This document shows positions 27,573-39,200 of a stretch of 64,000 bases of DNA, in pieces. Made by a program: the position numbers and the translations under genes. How positions within the stretch are numbered: position 1 is the first letter of the stretch; each line of letters starts with the position of its first letter. Source of the DNA: an uncultured bacterium (lineage in GTDB: Bacteria; Chloroflexota; UBA5177; JANWHV01); the NCBI GenBank assembly GCA_963827235.1, contig CAWHAE010000009.1:544001-608000 (forward strand). Reading direction: 5' to 3'. Below the pieces are notes generated by a model. It saw only the letters and a program-made list of their open reading frames with translations, made no database searches and had not been told where the DNA came from.

Positions 27573-29626
27573 TCGTCCGCCGGGTGTGGCTCGGCCCAGC
27601 GCCCATGCGCGCGGATCAGGTCGATCAGCCGCTGGTCGGCTTCTGCCTCGGGCACTCCCCGCTCCATGCATTCTTTGCCGACGTAGAGGTTCACGTGGCC
27701 GGGGCTGCCGCCCATGTAGCCGAAGTCGGCGTCGGCCATCTCGCCCGGTCCGTTGACCACGCAGCCCATGACGGCGATCTTCACGCCCTGCAGGTGCGAC
27801 GTGCGCGCCTTGATGCGGTCGGTCGTCGTCTGCAAATCGAAGAGGGTTCTTCCGCACGAGGGGCAGGCGACATAGTCGGTTCTCGTCAAGCGGGCCCCGG
27901 CACCCTGTAGCAGGTCGAACGCCAGGGGAACCGACCCGGCCTGCACGAGGTCGCCGATGCCGTCGCAGAGCAGCGAGCCGAGAGTGGCCGCGCCGGCGAG
28001 CAGCGGGTCCCCTTCGGTAGGTGCCTGCAGGGCAAGCGGGCAGTGCACGTCCGCGAGAGCCAGGCGCATTGCCAGCAGTCGCGTGGCGTGCACGACGGTG
28101 GCAGGCTCCGTCGCGCGCAGACCGGCGATCACATTGGGTTGGCCGGCAGCCACGCAGTCGGCGACCAGCCCGGCCGCCACGGCGGCAGCGACGCCGGCCG
28201 CGTCCCGCACGTCGACCTGCAGCCAGAGGGCCACACCCCCGGCGGCACTCCGGCGCGCCAGATCGACCGCCGCCGCCGCGCCGTCCGCCCGTTCGTCGAC
28301 GCTCAGGCGCACGGCCTGTACCATCGCCAGCGCCTCGCGCAGCAGACCGGCGTCACCGGATGCGGCGACAAGGGCGCGCGGCGCCGGTTCCTCGCCCTTC
28401 CAGGAGAGGGCTGCCAGCCGCTCCAGGTCCTCCCGATCGGCCAGATCCACGATCATGAGCTCGGGCCGCTGCGCCTTCAAGCCTCGGCTCGCCCGCGCGG
28501 GAAGCGCCGGGGCGTTCCGATCGGGCACCTGTCCGGCCACGGCAATCGTGGCATCGCCACCCACTGTCACGCCGCCGAGTGTGACGGCTTGTGACCTGCG
28601 CCGCCGGTAATGGAACGGATCCCAGGGCAGATCCACGTCCTGCGTACTGGAAAGCGGCGCCCCGTCGCTCCGCGCGGCTGCCGTACCGGCGCTCAACTCG
28701 GCAAGAGGCCGGGCGCAGAGGGCGGCGATCCGCCGCGCTACCGGGATCTCCGCTTCCGGCTCCTCGGCCAGGGAGACGCGGATGGTATCGCCAAGCCCAT
28801 CGAGCAGCAGGCTGCCGATGCCCGTGGCGGACTTGACGCGCGCGTCGTCGCCGTTTCCGGCCTCCGTCACGCCCAGGTGGAGCGGGTAGTCCATGCCCTC
28901 GGCATTCATGCGCGCTACCAGGAGCCGGTAGGCGGCAATCATCACCTTGGGGTTCGACGCCTTCATGGACAGAATGATCTGGTGGAAATCCAGCCTCTCG
29001 CAGATGCGCACGAATTCCAGCGCCGATTCCACCATGCCTTCCGGCGTATCGCCAAAGCGATTCATCACCCGATCGCTGAGCGAGCCGTGGTTGGTGCCGA
29101 TGCGCAGCGCCACGCCGCGCTCCTTGCAGGCCTGGACGACCGGGATGAAGCGCGCTGCTACCCGTTCCAGCTCCGCCGCGTACTCGTCGTCGCTGTATTC
29201 GCGCACCGCGAAACGCCGCGAATCGGCGAAGTTGCCGGGATTCACGCGCACCTTATCCGCGTGCTCAGCCGCGGCCAGAGCGACGGCAGGCGCGAAGTGG
29301 ATGTCCGCTACCAGGGGAGTGGTGATGCCGCGGGCACGCAGCCGTGCGCGTACCTCGCCGATAGCCCGGGCGTCGGCGAGCGTGGGTGCCGTAATGCGCA
29401 CGATCTCGCAGCCGGCCTCGACGAGTCGTACCGCCTGCGCCGTGGTGGCGTCCACGTCCTGCGTGCGCGTCGTGGTCATGGATTGCACGCGGATAGGGTT
29501 GCCGCCGCCCACGCCCACGTTGCCGACCATCACCTCGCGGGTGCGCCGGCGGAACGGGCGGAACGGATCGCGCACGTAGGCCGGTCCGTTATCGAGAAGA
29601 GGCGCCGCGGGGGAAGGAGAGATCAT
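27569..29626 (-). CDS. ispG: (E)-4-hydroxy-3-methylbut-2-enyl-diphosphate synthase, long three-domain form
   Basis: IRVQSMT, ADIHF, RVNPGN, RIGTNHGSLS, HLGVTEAG, GDTIRVSL, C-terminal CPSCGRT..MGCVVNGPGE; ~685 aa with a central insert. Confidence 0.96.
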   Translation of the reverse strand: MISPSPAAPLLDNGPAYVRDPFRPFRRRTREVMVGNVGVGGGNPIRVQSMTTTRTQDVDATTAQAVRLVEAGCEIVRITAPTLADARAIGEVRARLRARGITTPLVADIHFAPAVALAAAEHADKVRVNPGNFADSRRFAVREYSDDEYAAELERVAARFIPVVQACKERGVALRIGTNHGSLSDRVMNRFGDTPEGMVESALEFVRICERLDFHQIILSMKASNPKVMIAAYRLLVARMNAEGMDYPLHLGVTEAGNGDDARVKSATGIGSLLLDGLGDTIRVSLAEEPEAEIPVARRIAALCARPLAELSAGTAAARSDGAPLSSTQDVDLPWDPFHYRRRRSQAVTLGGVTVGGDATIAVAGQVPDRNAPALPARASRGLKAQRPELMIVDLADREDLERLAALSWKGEEPAPRALVAASGDAGLLREALAMVQAVRLSVDERADGAAAAVDLARRSAAGGVALWLQVDVRDAAGVAAAVAAGLVADCVAAGQPNVIAGLRATEPATVVHATRLLAMRLALADVHCPLALQAPTEGDPLLAGAATLGSLLCDGIGDLVQAGSVPLAFDLLQGAGARLTRTDYVACPSCGRTLFDLQTTTDRIKARTSHLQGVKIAVMGCVVNGPGEMADADFGYMGGSPGHVNLYVGKECMERGVPEAEADQRLIDLIRAHGRWAEPHPADE

Positions 29627-29670
29627 AGAAGGGGACTCCTTTCTTGAGTGTAGCACGTGCTTCGCCACAC

Positions 29671-30654
29671 TCAGTCGGGCGCGCCGAGCAGCGCTGCCCC
29701 GACGATGCCGGCATTATCGGCCAGCTTGGCGCGCACGATCTTGACTTTGTTCCTGGCCACGGTCATCGAATCGTCGAGCGCCTTCTCGGCAGCCACCTTG
29801 AAATAGAGGTCGACGGCGCTGACCAGGCCGCCGCCGAGGATGATGCGGGGCGGATTGTAGAAGTTGATGATGGCGGTGAGTCCGGCGGCCAGGTAGTGCG
29901 CGCCTTCGGTGACTGCTTCGACGGCGAGGTCGTCTCCCTCCTCGATCGCCTGTGCGATGGCCTGCGAGCGGATCATGCCGGCGAGGGGAACGTGGGGGAG
30001 GGGATTGGGCAGGCCGGCCCGCAACGACGTGCGCCGGCCGCGCAAGATCTCTTCCACGATCACGCGGGTGATGGCTGCACGGGAGGCGTAGGCCTCCAGA
30101 TGCCCCCGGCCGCCGCAGCTGCACACGCGCCCACCGTAGGCGATCACAGCATGGCCGATCTCGCCGGCGGAGTGGGAGGCGCCGGTAAGGTAGCGCCCCT
30201 CGTGAATGATGCCGCTGCCGATCCCGGTACCGATGAACACGCAGACGAACGTGTCCTGCCCCTTGCCGGCGCCGAAGCGCTGTTCGCCCAGGGTCGCCAC
30301 TTCCAGATCGTTGCCGATAGCCATGCGCAGCTTCAGCTCCTTGCCCAGCCATTCTGCCAGCGGCACGTTGACGACGCCGGCCAGGTTCGGACTGCCGAGC
30401 AGCACTCCGCGCTCGCGATCGATCACGCCGGTAATGCCGACGCCGCCGCAGTCCACCTCGATGCCCTTCTTGGCGCTCTGCGCCTGGGTCAGGGCATCCT
30501 GCCCGGCGTCGACGATGCGCTTGATCAGGTCCTCGGTGCCTCCGGTATGCTTCGTCCTCTTCTTCGCCGTGGAGACCGGGACGCCCGTGGTGAGATCGAT
30601 AACGCCTGCCAGGATCTTCGTGCCGCCGACGTCGATGCCCAGTGCATATGGCAA
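29671..30654 (-). CDS. ROK family sugar kinase (glucokinase-like)
   Basis: GIDVGGTK, IGND, GTGIGSG, GEIGH, CSCG..GHLEAYAS; TTG 30654 after GGAAGGA chosen as start. Confidence 0.9.
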   Translation of the reverse strand: MPYALGIDVGGTKILAGVIDLTTGVPVSTAKKRTKHTGGTEDLIKRIVDAGQDALTQAQSAKKGIEVDCGGVGITGVIDRERGVLLGSPNLAGVVNVPLAEWLGKELKLRMAIGNDLEVATLGEQRFGAGKGQDTFVCVFIGTGIGSGIIHEGRYLTGASHSAGEIGHAVIAYGGRVCSCGGRGHLEAYASRAAITRVIVEEILRGRRTSLRAGLPNPLPHVPLAGMIRSQAIAQAIEEGDDLAVEAVTEGAHYLAAGLTAIINFYNPPRIILGGGLVSAVDLYFKVAAEKALDDSMTVARNKVKIVRAKLADNAGIVGAALLGAPD

Positions 30655-30834
30655 GGTGCTGGTCCTTCCCGCCCATCGTGACGATCGTGTAGAGGAGTCC
30701 GCGCACGCGGTCTCCCAACTCATGATCGCACACATCGCGCTGCCTGCACACAGCACGGGGCGTGCGATCGCGGTTGACGACCGCTGCCCGGCACTGTACT
30801 ACTTGAATACTTACAACGAGGAGAAAGTGCGATC

Positions 30835-31113
30835 ATGCCCCGAGTAGCCGTTCAAGACAACAGCCGGATTTCCCTGCGCATCCGGCCTGAAGACAAAGCC
30901 GTATTGCTCCGTGCAGCAGCGCTGCAGCACACCGACCTGACGGAGTTCGTCGTCAGGCATGCCTTGCGTGCCGCCACGGATGTCATCGTGGAAGCCGAGC
31001 ATCTGCAGCTCTCCGAGCGAGACAGCCTGCGGGTGCTCGATCTACTCGAGAACCCGCCACCACCAAACGCCAGGCTGCTGGCCCCCGCGCACGCGTTGCC
31101 GCGGCAACCGTGA
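30835..31113 (+). CDS. DUF1778 RHH antitoxin (TacA/AtaR-like)
   Basis: RISLRI..KAVLLRAAAL..LTEFV..LSERD..LLENPP.PN. Confidence 0.9.
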   Translation: MPRVAVQDNSRISLRIRPEDKAVLLRAAALQHTDLTEFVVRHALRAATDVIVEAEHLQLSERDSLRVLDLLENPPPPNARLLAPAHALPRQP

Positions 31114-31637
31114 GCGTTCCGGCGTGGCATGAAGAGCCGATCAGCAAGCGACATGATCGGGAAGCATTCGACTGCGGCGAACCAGCGCTCCACGAGTTCC
31201 TGCGCCGTCATGCCCGCCGGAACCACGAGCTGGGGGGCGCAAAGACGTTTCTCGCCGTTGGCGATGTGGAGAGCCACGCCATTCTCGGCTTCTACAGCCT
31301 GTGTCCTGCGTCGATTGACTATGCCCGCACGCCGCAGCTCGTACGGCGTGGGCTGGCGCGCTACGACGTGCCCGCGTTTCGCCTGGTACGGCTCGCCGTG
31401 GACCGCAGAGTTCAGGGGCACGGTCTTGGCGGACAGCTCCTGCTGGCGGCTGGACAGCGCTGCCTGCGCGTCTCCGAGGAAGTAGGGGGCGTCACGCTGC
31501 TCGTCGACGCCAAGAACGCCCGAGTAGCAGCCTGGTATGCCGGCTACGGCGCCGAGCCGCTGGCAGACGCGCCGCTGTCGCTGGTGCTACCCCCGCGCAC
31601 GATCGAGGCAGCGTTGAGCGCGGCGGGAAAGCTGTGA
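31110..31637 (+). CDS. GNAT toxin (TacT/AtaT-like)
   Basis: HDREAFDCGE..L.EFL, GFYSL, RLAVD..QG.GLG, VDAK; overlaps the antitoxin stop (GTGA). Confidence 0.9.
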   Translation: MSVPAWHEEPISKRHDREAFDCGEPALHEFLRRHARRNHELGGAKTFLAVGDVESHAILGFYSLCPASIDYARTPQLVRRGLARYDVPAFRLVRLAVDRRVQGHGLGGQLLLAAGQRCLRVSEEVGGVTLLVDAKNARVAAWYAGYGAEPLADAPLSLVLPPRTIEAALSAAGKL

Positions 31638-31662
31638 GAATCAGCCGGCACAGAAGCAGAGG

Positions 31663-31736
31663 TAGCGCATAGGGGATTCGAACCCCTGATCTCTGCCTTG
31701 AGAGGGCAGCGTCCTAGGCCGCTAGACGAATGCGCC
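31663..31736 (-). tRNA. tRNA-Glu (anticodon CTC)
   Basis: Minus strand GGCGCATTCGTCTAGCGGCCTAGGACGCTGCCCTCTCAAGGCAGAGATCAGGGGTTCGAATCCCCTATGCGCTA; cloverleaf with CTGCC/GGCAG anticodon stem and TTCGAAT T-loop; CCA not fully encoded (CCT). Confidence 0.97.
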
Positions 31737-31759
31737 GAGCAGTGCGGCAGTACCCCGCT

Positions 31760-31768
31760 AGTATAGCA
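31760..31768 (-). promoter_or_regulatory. Extended -10 promoter of tRNA-Glu
   Basis: TGCTATACT on minus, 24 nt upstream of the tRNA 5' end. Confidence 0.6.
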
Positions 31769-31842
31769 GATGGCAGGGACAGGGACGAACCTCCAGCTGG
31801 AGGCTCTGTGGAGGCTCCCTATAGAGAACCGAGCCTGCGCGA

Positions 31843-34800
31843 CTAGAGGCCCAGAGCCGCCGCGACCGGGTAGGTGCCCTGGTCGGCGGTGACGACCTTG
31901 TAGCCGTTCTGGTTGGACAGGGACAGAGCGACGAAGGCCTCGCTCGAGCCGCTATAGCTGGGCACGACCTGGAAGATGCCGCCGACGGCACCCGACAGCG
32001 ACGCCGCATCAGTATTCACGTTGACCGTGGTGATGCTGTTGGCGGCGACGGTGTAGGACTTGACGACGGTCTTGCTGGCGGAGGCGAAGATGCCCCGGAC
32101 CGTGATGGTCGTGGTGCCAGGATTGTACAGGTAGACGGTCTGGCTGACCGTGGAGGTGCCGTTGGTGAGATCCAGGTAGGGGAAGGCCACTTCGGTGAGA
32201 CCGGCCGGCGCGCCGGACGGATTCTCAGCCGCGTACGTGCCGCCACTGGCCGGGTTGCCACCGTAGTAGGTCGGCCGCTCGACGAAGATCGGGCGGTCGG
32301 AGGTGACGACGGTGGAGAAGACACCGGACTGGGTCTGCACGACGTCGTTGACCGCGATGGACTCGCGGGAGGCGGCGTCGACCTGCACCTGCTGGGAATT
32401 GATCGGATTGCCGCTGGCGTCGAGGAAGAAGACGGTCACCGTGGCGCTGGCGCTCCCTGCGGAGGCCGGGTTGATGATGTCGACTTCGGAGACGTCAGAG
32501 CCGGTGCCGGCGGTGCCACCGCTGCTGGGCCAGGTGCCCGTGTCGGCGGCGAAGATGTACTGGAGGTTGGTGGAGGAAGCGGCAGGCTTGGTGGAAGCAC
32601 CATACTTGCCGGAACCGATGCCGTCCCCGTAGTACTCCACGCGCTCGGCAGCGACCGGCACGTTGCTGGAGAGGGAGAGACCGAACTCGGAGAAGCCCTT
32701 GCTCACGAGGTCCTTGCGAATCGGCTCAGTGAGGCGGGAGTTGGCCGGGACGCTGAGCGAGATGGGCGTGACCGTGGGCGCGGCGGTGGAGCTGACCACC
32801 GTCTGGGGCAGCACGTTGACCGTGATGGTGGCCGCGGTGCTGTTCGGGTTGAGGATGGTCAGGTACTCCTCGTTGGTGAGCATGATGTCACCGGAGGCGA
32901 GGTAGTAGCTGAAGGGGCCGGTGGCGCCCAGGTTGAGCTGCTGGCCGAGGCTGCTGGAGCTGTCCAGAGCGGTACCGGCGGCGGTGGTGCGGGCGATGAT
33001 GCGGGTGGCGGCGAGCGGAGCAGGAGAGCTCACCTCGGCGGCCACGGAGACACCGTTGCCCACGTCCTTGTTGACCGATTCCTCGACGACCGAGTCGGCA
33101 CCGATGGAGCCGGCCACGGTGGAGACCGTGCTGGCAGCAGCCGGCGTGCTCGACGAAGTAGGTCACGGTATAGGTGGTGGCGTAGTTGTTGGCGTTGAGG
33201 ATAGACAGCGTCTCCGCGAAGTTGGCCCCGCGCCACCGGAAGTCTGGCCCGTGTAGCCTTCCGCGAAGTAGATGCTCGAGGCGCCGGCGACCGGTCCACC
33301 GGCCGCGATGGTGAACGGTACGGCACCCACGCGACCGGTCGTGGTGCCCCTGGCCGCCAGGTTGTACCGGCCGCCGGCAATCAGCGCGCCCGTGGCGGAC
33401 TTGATCGTGAAGATGCCGAAGATGGCACCGTTCGAGTCGGCGGTGAACACCTGGGCGGTGCCGGGCACATCCATGCCGGCTAGACCGGAGGAGGTGTACT
33501 GCAGGCTCACGCTGACCGACTCACCGGGACCGAAGTCGGTGCCGCTGATCACCGTGGTACCGCCGACCGGCGCCGCGCTCAGCGAGCTGGTGAAGGTGGC
33601 CGGGGTGGAGTTGACCACCGTGAGATTGCAGACGCGCTGTTGCTGAGCACTGCCGCCGCCCGCCACGTAGGCGGTGACGGCGAGCGTGTAGCCGCCGGGG
33701 GCAGTGCCGGGCGGGACCGTGAAGGTGGCGGTCAGGTTGCCGCCGGCGTCGACCGTCACGGCTATGGGACCCAGGGGCGCGGGCGCAAAGCCGATCGCCA
33801 TGCTGTTGCTGCCGCTGGCGCCCTGGGGGGCAACGGCGAACTGGGTGCCAGTGAGGATGACCACCTGGCCGGGTACGAGGTTCGACGCCGGGCAGCTCAA
33901 TACGCCGCCGGCGCTCGTGCCGGCAACGACCTCCACCGGCGCCAGGTTGCTCGACATGCCGCCGGCATAGACGTAGTAGCCGGAGGGCAGCGCGAGGGCG
34001 TTCGGAGCGGTGCCGGCCGGTCCGGAGAGGTTGCCCTGGCCGTCGGCGTACAGCGTGCCGGCCTGGAGCGACGACCCGGCAGAGGACGGGCTCTGAGTGG
34101 ACCGGTAGTAGAAATTCACCGCCTCTCCGGCCCAGAAACCGTGACCGGCGAGGGCGAGACCGGCTCCGTTGTCCAGGACGGTCGCCGTGATCACCGGCCT
34201 GGAGATGGTGAAGGCTGCCGTCTGTGACATCGCTCCGTCGGGCCCCGTGCCGCTTACGTCGACCGTCAGGCTGCCCGCCGGCTGCAGTCCGCAGGCGCTG
34301 GGCACGGTGAAGCTGCCGCGCGCCGTGCCGGCCGTGTCTATCTGGACAGTGGGAAGCGAGACGAGGCGCTGGTGTCCGGCGACGAGAGGGCCGGTGGCCG
34401 TGCCGTCCGTCGTGCCGTCGTCGCAGGAACCGCCGGTGAGGGAGACGTGCACGTAGTTGCTCGCGGTGGCGCTGCTGGGCGTGTAGCCGGTAGCAGTGAA
34501 GCTCACGGTCTGGCTCACCACGGCCTGATCCAGGATGTAGCTGCCGCCGGGCAGGGAGGTGGAAAGCACCAGCTTGCCGCTGCTGGCGGCAGAGCCGATG
34601 GTCACGCTGCCGAGAGCGCCCTCGTTCAGGCGTTCGCCGGTGCCGGGCGTCGCCGCTGACGGCGCCCAGTCCTCGGCCAGGATGTGCGCCGCACCGGAAG
34701 CGACGTTGCCGTTCAGGACCGCCCCGGCATCGGTGAAGCCGCCGTCGCCGTCTGTTGCCGCGTCGCCCAGGTAACAGGCGCCGGCAGCAACGCCGCTTGG

Positions 34801-36021
34801 CGGCGGCGGCGTGATCTGCCCGACGTATTCGGTCGTCGCGTAAGTATCGGGCGTGGAGGAGGTGGCGCTTGCTGCCTCGTGCGAGCCGGGCTGCACCTGG
34901 CAAGCTCCGCTGCCGCTCTCGTCGATGGCCCAGAAGTCGACGGTTGCATTGGCGGCAAAGCCGGAGCCGCTGACCAATACGGTGCCGCTGGGGCCGGCGA
35001 TGCCGTCGCCGACCACGGTGATAGACGACACGGTGTGGTCGAGCTTCACGCCGGCCGCCGCCAGCACGGTCGGCTTGACGGCAGAGCTGCTGACCACGGC
35101 GACGATGGTGTAGATCTGGTCGAAGAGCGCACCGGAGCTGACGACGTCCGAGCCCGGCGAGGCAAGCTGCAGGCGCGCGTCGAGGTAGCCGCCGGCGCTG
35201 GGCGCCACGCAGGCCGGCTGCAGGCCGGCGCTGGTCAGTGTACAGTTGCTGCCGTTCGAGCTCGCCGGCGGCACCACCTGCAGCGGTATGGCGGTGAGGG
35301 CCCCTCCGGCTCCCAGCCCGTAGTCGCCGGCGCCGGCAACGGGAGGCGTGCTCGTCGCGCCAAACGCACGCGGGTCCTGGGCGAAGTTCATGAGATCGAA
35401 GCTGATCGGGTCGCCGGCATAGTTGCCGGACACGCTGAAGGAGACGTTGAACTGGCCGCCCAGCGGGATCACCCCGCCGTTGCTCACGGTGAGCGAGCTG
35501 GTCGCCGCGACGGCGCCCACCGTAAAGGTGGCGCCGGCCGTCGTGGCGCTGCCGCCGTCGTACGCGGTCACCCTGTAGACGCCGGGCGCGGCAGTGGACG
35601 GCAGCGTGAACGTCTGCGCGGGTAGCTGTCCGCCCGCACCGATGGTGGACGAGGCAACGGCAACCACCATGGCGTTCTGCAGGAAGCAGGTCGTGCCCGA
35701 CAGGCAGATAGCAGGATTCTCGACGTTGTCGCCCTGTGCGAACACGGCGCTCGTTCCCACGTGGGAGCCGGCATTCGACGGATTGGGCGCGTTCAGGCTG
35801 ATGGTGACCAAGCTGGAGCTCGACGACGAATAGGTGAAGCCGCTGCCGTCGACCGTGAGCGTGCCGCCGGGCGCCACCGTCGCGGGAGAAAGACTGATCG
35901 ACGGCACAGCCGCGGCGCCGGCCGCGGGCACGGAGCCGATCAGCGCCAGGAGTTGCACGACAACTACGAGCAGCCCGATACACAGCACGGCAACCCACCG
36001 CCGGGCCGAGATCGCGAGCAT
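31843..36021 (-). CDS. Large secreted Thr/Ser/Gly-rich surface protein A (Ig-like repeats plus C-terminal YFAEGYTG/DUF5719-like domains), interrupted by two compensating indels
   Basis: ORFs 33163-36021 and 31843-33117 are in the same frame; comparison with paralog B shows a -1 at ~33226-33229 and a +1 at ~33141; N-terminal signal peptide; would be 1392 aa if restored. Confidence 0.8.
31866..33280. repeat. ~1.4-kb direct repeat, copy 1 (3' end of surface protein A)
   Basis: Nearly identical to 36293-37707 (offset 4427). Confidence 0.95.
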
Positions 36022-36181
36022 GCTATCCCCCTCCGCTCACAGCTCACCATCTACTCTACCAGAGAGCGGGCACGGCAAGCCATGGATGCGTGCGCAACCC
36101 GCCTAACCTGCCTCGTGGCCTCCGCGTGGTACCTCCAGCTGCGAGGATGGCAGGGGCGGGGGACTGCAGCCTCCAGTACAG

Positions 36182-36251
36182 ACCGAGGCCCCGACCAGGA
36201 TTGCTCCCGGTCGGGGCCTCGGTGGGAAGCGGCGGTTAGCCGCCGCTTCCC
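36182..36251 (-). terminator. Tandem GC hairpins after surface protein B
   Basis: ACCGAGGCCCCGACC..GGTCGGGGCCTCGGT and GGGAAGCGGCGG..CCGCCGCTTCCC directly after the stop codon. Confidence 0.65.
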
Positions 36252-36269
36252 GGGACCGAGCCTACGCGA

Positions 36270-39200
36270 TTACAGGCCGAGAGAGGCCGCGATCGGGTAG
36301 GTGCCCTGGTCACCAGTGACGACCTTGTAGCCGTTCTGGTTGGACAGGGACAGAGCGACGAAGGCCTCGCTCGAGCCGCTATAGCTGGGCACGACCTGGA
36401 AGATGCCGCCGACGGCACCCGACAGCGACGCCGCATCAGTATTCACGTTGACCGTGGTGATGCTGTTGGCGGCGACGGTGTAGGACTTGACGACGGTCTT
36501 GCTGGCGGAGGCGAAGATGCCCCGGACCGTGATGGTCGTGGTGCCAGGATTGTACAGGTAGACGGTCTGGCTGACCGTGGAGGTGCCGTTGGTGAGATCC
36601 AGGTAGGGGAAGGCCACTTCGGTGAGACCGGCCGGCGCGCCGGACGGATTCTCAGTCGCGTATGTGCCGCCACTGGCCGGGTTGCCACCGTAGTAGGTCG
36701 GCCGCTCGACGAAGATCGGGCGGTCGGAGGTGACGACGGTGGAGAAGACACCGGACTGGGTCTGCACGACGTCGTTGACCGCGATGGACTCGCGGGAGGC
36801 GGCGTCGACCTGCACCTGCTGGGAATTGATCGGATTGCCGCTGGCGTCGAGGAAGAAGACGGTCACCGTGGCGCTGGCGCTCCCTGCGGAGGCCGGGTTG
36901 ATGATGTCGACTTCGGAGACGTCAGAGCCGGTGCCGGCGGTGCCACCGCTGCTGGGCCAGGTGCCCGTGTCGGCGGCAAAGATGTACTGGAGGTTGGTGG
37001 AGGAAGCGGCAGGCTTGGTGGAAGCACCATACTTGCCGGAACCGATGCCGTCCCCGTAGTACTCCACGCGCTCGGCAGCGACCGGCACGTTGCTGGAGAG
37101 GGAGAGACCGAACTCGGAGAAGCCCTTGCTCACGAGGTCCTTGCGAATCGGCTCAGTGAGGCGGGAGTTAGCCGGGACGCTGAGCGAGATGGGCGTGACC
37201 GTGGGCGCGGCGGTGGAGCTGACCACCGTCTGGGGCAGCACGTTGACCGTGATGGTGGCCGCGGTGCTGTTCGGGTTGAGGATGGTCAGATACTCCTCGT
37301 TGGTGAGCATGATGTCACCGGAGGCGAAGTAGTAGCTGAAGGGGCCGGTGGCGCCCAGGTTGAGCTGCTGGCCGAGGCTGCTGGAGCTGTCCAGAGCGGT
37401 ACCGGCGGCGGTGGTGCGGGCGATGATGCGGGTGGCGGCGAGCGGAGCAGGAGAGCTCACCTCGGCGGCCACGGAGACACCGTTGCCCACGTCCTTGTTG
37501 ACCGATTCCTCGACGACCGAGTCGGCACCGATGGAGCCGGTCACGGTGGAGACCGTGCTGGCAGAAGCGGCGTGCTCGACGAAGTAGGTCACGGTGTAGG
37601 TGGTGGTGTAGTTATTGGCGTTGAGGATGGACAGCGTCTCCGCGAAGTTGGCACCCGCGCCGCCAGAAGTCTGGCCCGTGTAGCCTTCCGCGAAGTAGAT
37701 GCTCGAGCTCACGCCGGTCGGGCTGGTGGCCGTCACGATGAACGGGTTAACCGATCCGCTCAGCGAGGAGGCACCGGTGGCCACGAGGACGTAGGTGCCG
37801 GGTACCAGCGCGCTGGCGGTGGACTTCACCGTGTAGGTCGTGCTGATCGCACCGGTCGCGCTGGCGGTGGTCGTCTGGGCAGTGCCGGGGACGGCGCTGC
37901 CGGCGAGGCCGCTGGCGCTGTAATCGATGGCGATCGTCACGGTCTCATTCGGAGCGAAGCCGCTGCCGGTGACCGCGGTGGTGTTGCCGAGCGCTACCGT
38001 GCTCGGGTTGGCGCTCAGCGACACGACCGTACCGGTCACGACGTTGACGGTGAGGAAGCGCTGCTGTTGCGTCGACACGCCGGGCACGTAGGCGTTGGCG
38101 GTCAGCGTGTAGGTGCCGGAGATCGTGCCGGTGGGCACGGTGAACGTGGCCGACATGTTGCCGGCTGCGTCGACCGTCATCGGCACAGCCGAGACCACCG
38201 TGGGCGAGAAGTTGATGCCCAGCGTGTTGGTGCTGCCGCCGGTCGGCGGGGCCAGGAACTGGGTACCGGTCACGGTGACCGTCTCGCCGGGTACCAGGGT
38301 CGGCAGCGGGGTGATGTTGCCGCCCACGCTATAGCCGACGGCCGCGGTGGCCGTAAAGCCACTGCTCGTGCCGCTGGCCTCGATGTAGTAGTAGCCGGTG
38401 CTCAGGCCGCTGGGCGCGGCGGCGGTGCCGGTGATGGTACCGTCTGCACCCGCGGTGACCACGGACAGAGCCGTGCCGGCCGTACCGGTGGAGACCGTGG
38501 AGAACAGCTGCAGGACCACCGTCTCGCCGGCCTCGAAGCCCGTGCCGGTGAAGGTGATCGTGGTGCCGTTCGTGTTAGCGGTGATGGTCGTGCTGGGGAT
38601 GGTGATCGTCGCCGTCAGGCTCTGCGAGGAGCCGGAAGCGGCGGTGCCGGTCAGGGTCAGCGTTACGCTGGTGCCGCCCACCAGGCTACAGCCCGTCGGT
38701 ACGGTGAACGAGCCGTGCACCGTGCCGGTGGTGTCGATCAGCGTCTGCCCGAGCGGATAGCTCGAGAGACCGCAGAGCGTGCCGCCGGTGAGGGTGGCGT
38801 AAACCGGCGAGGTAGCGGTGCTGGCCAGGAAGCCGGTCGCCGTGTACGTCACCGTCTGGTCGACCGCCGGTGTGGTGGTCGAGAGGGTGAAGGCGCCGGT
38901 CGAGGTCGCGGTGGAGCTCACGAGCACGGACGTGTAGGCCGACTCGTTGATCCGATGGCCCACTTCCGCGGTGCCGGTGGCGCCGAGATCGATGGCCAGG
39001 ATCTTGCCGCCGCTGTAGCCGTTGTTCGTGGTGCTCGAGGGCAGGGTCAGGCTAACGCCCGAGAAGGTGCCGCCCGGCGTGCCGTTGGTCGTGGGACCAT
39101 CGGACGCAGTCGCGGAGCCCAGGAAGCAGACAGCCGCGTCGCCCTCGTAAGAGATATCGGCGCTGGAAATGGTCGTGCCCGTAAGGGCGCCTCCGGCCGT

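Noticed and set aside
30700-31760. Integrated prophage or ICE at tRNA-Glu
   Set aside because: No integrase, phage or conjugation genes, and no duplicated tRNA 3' fragment seen in the window
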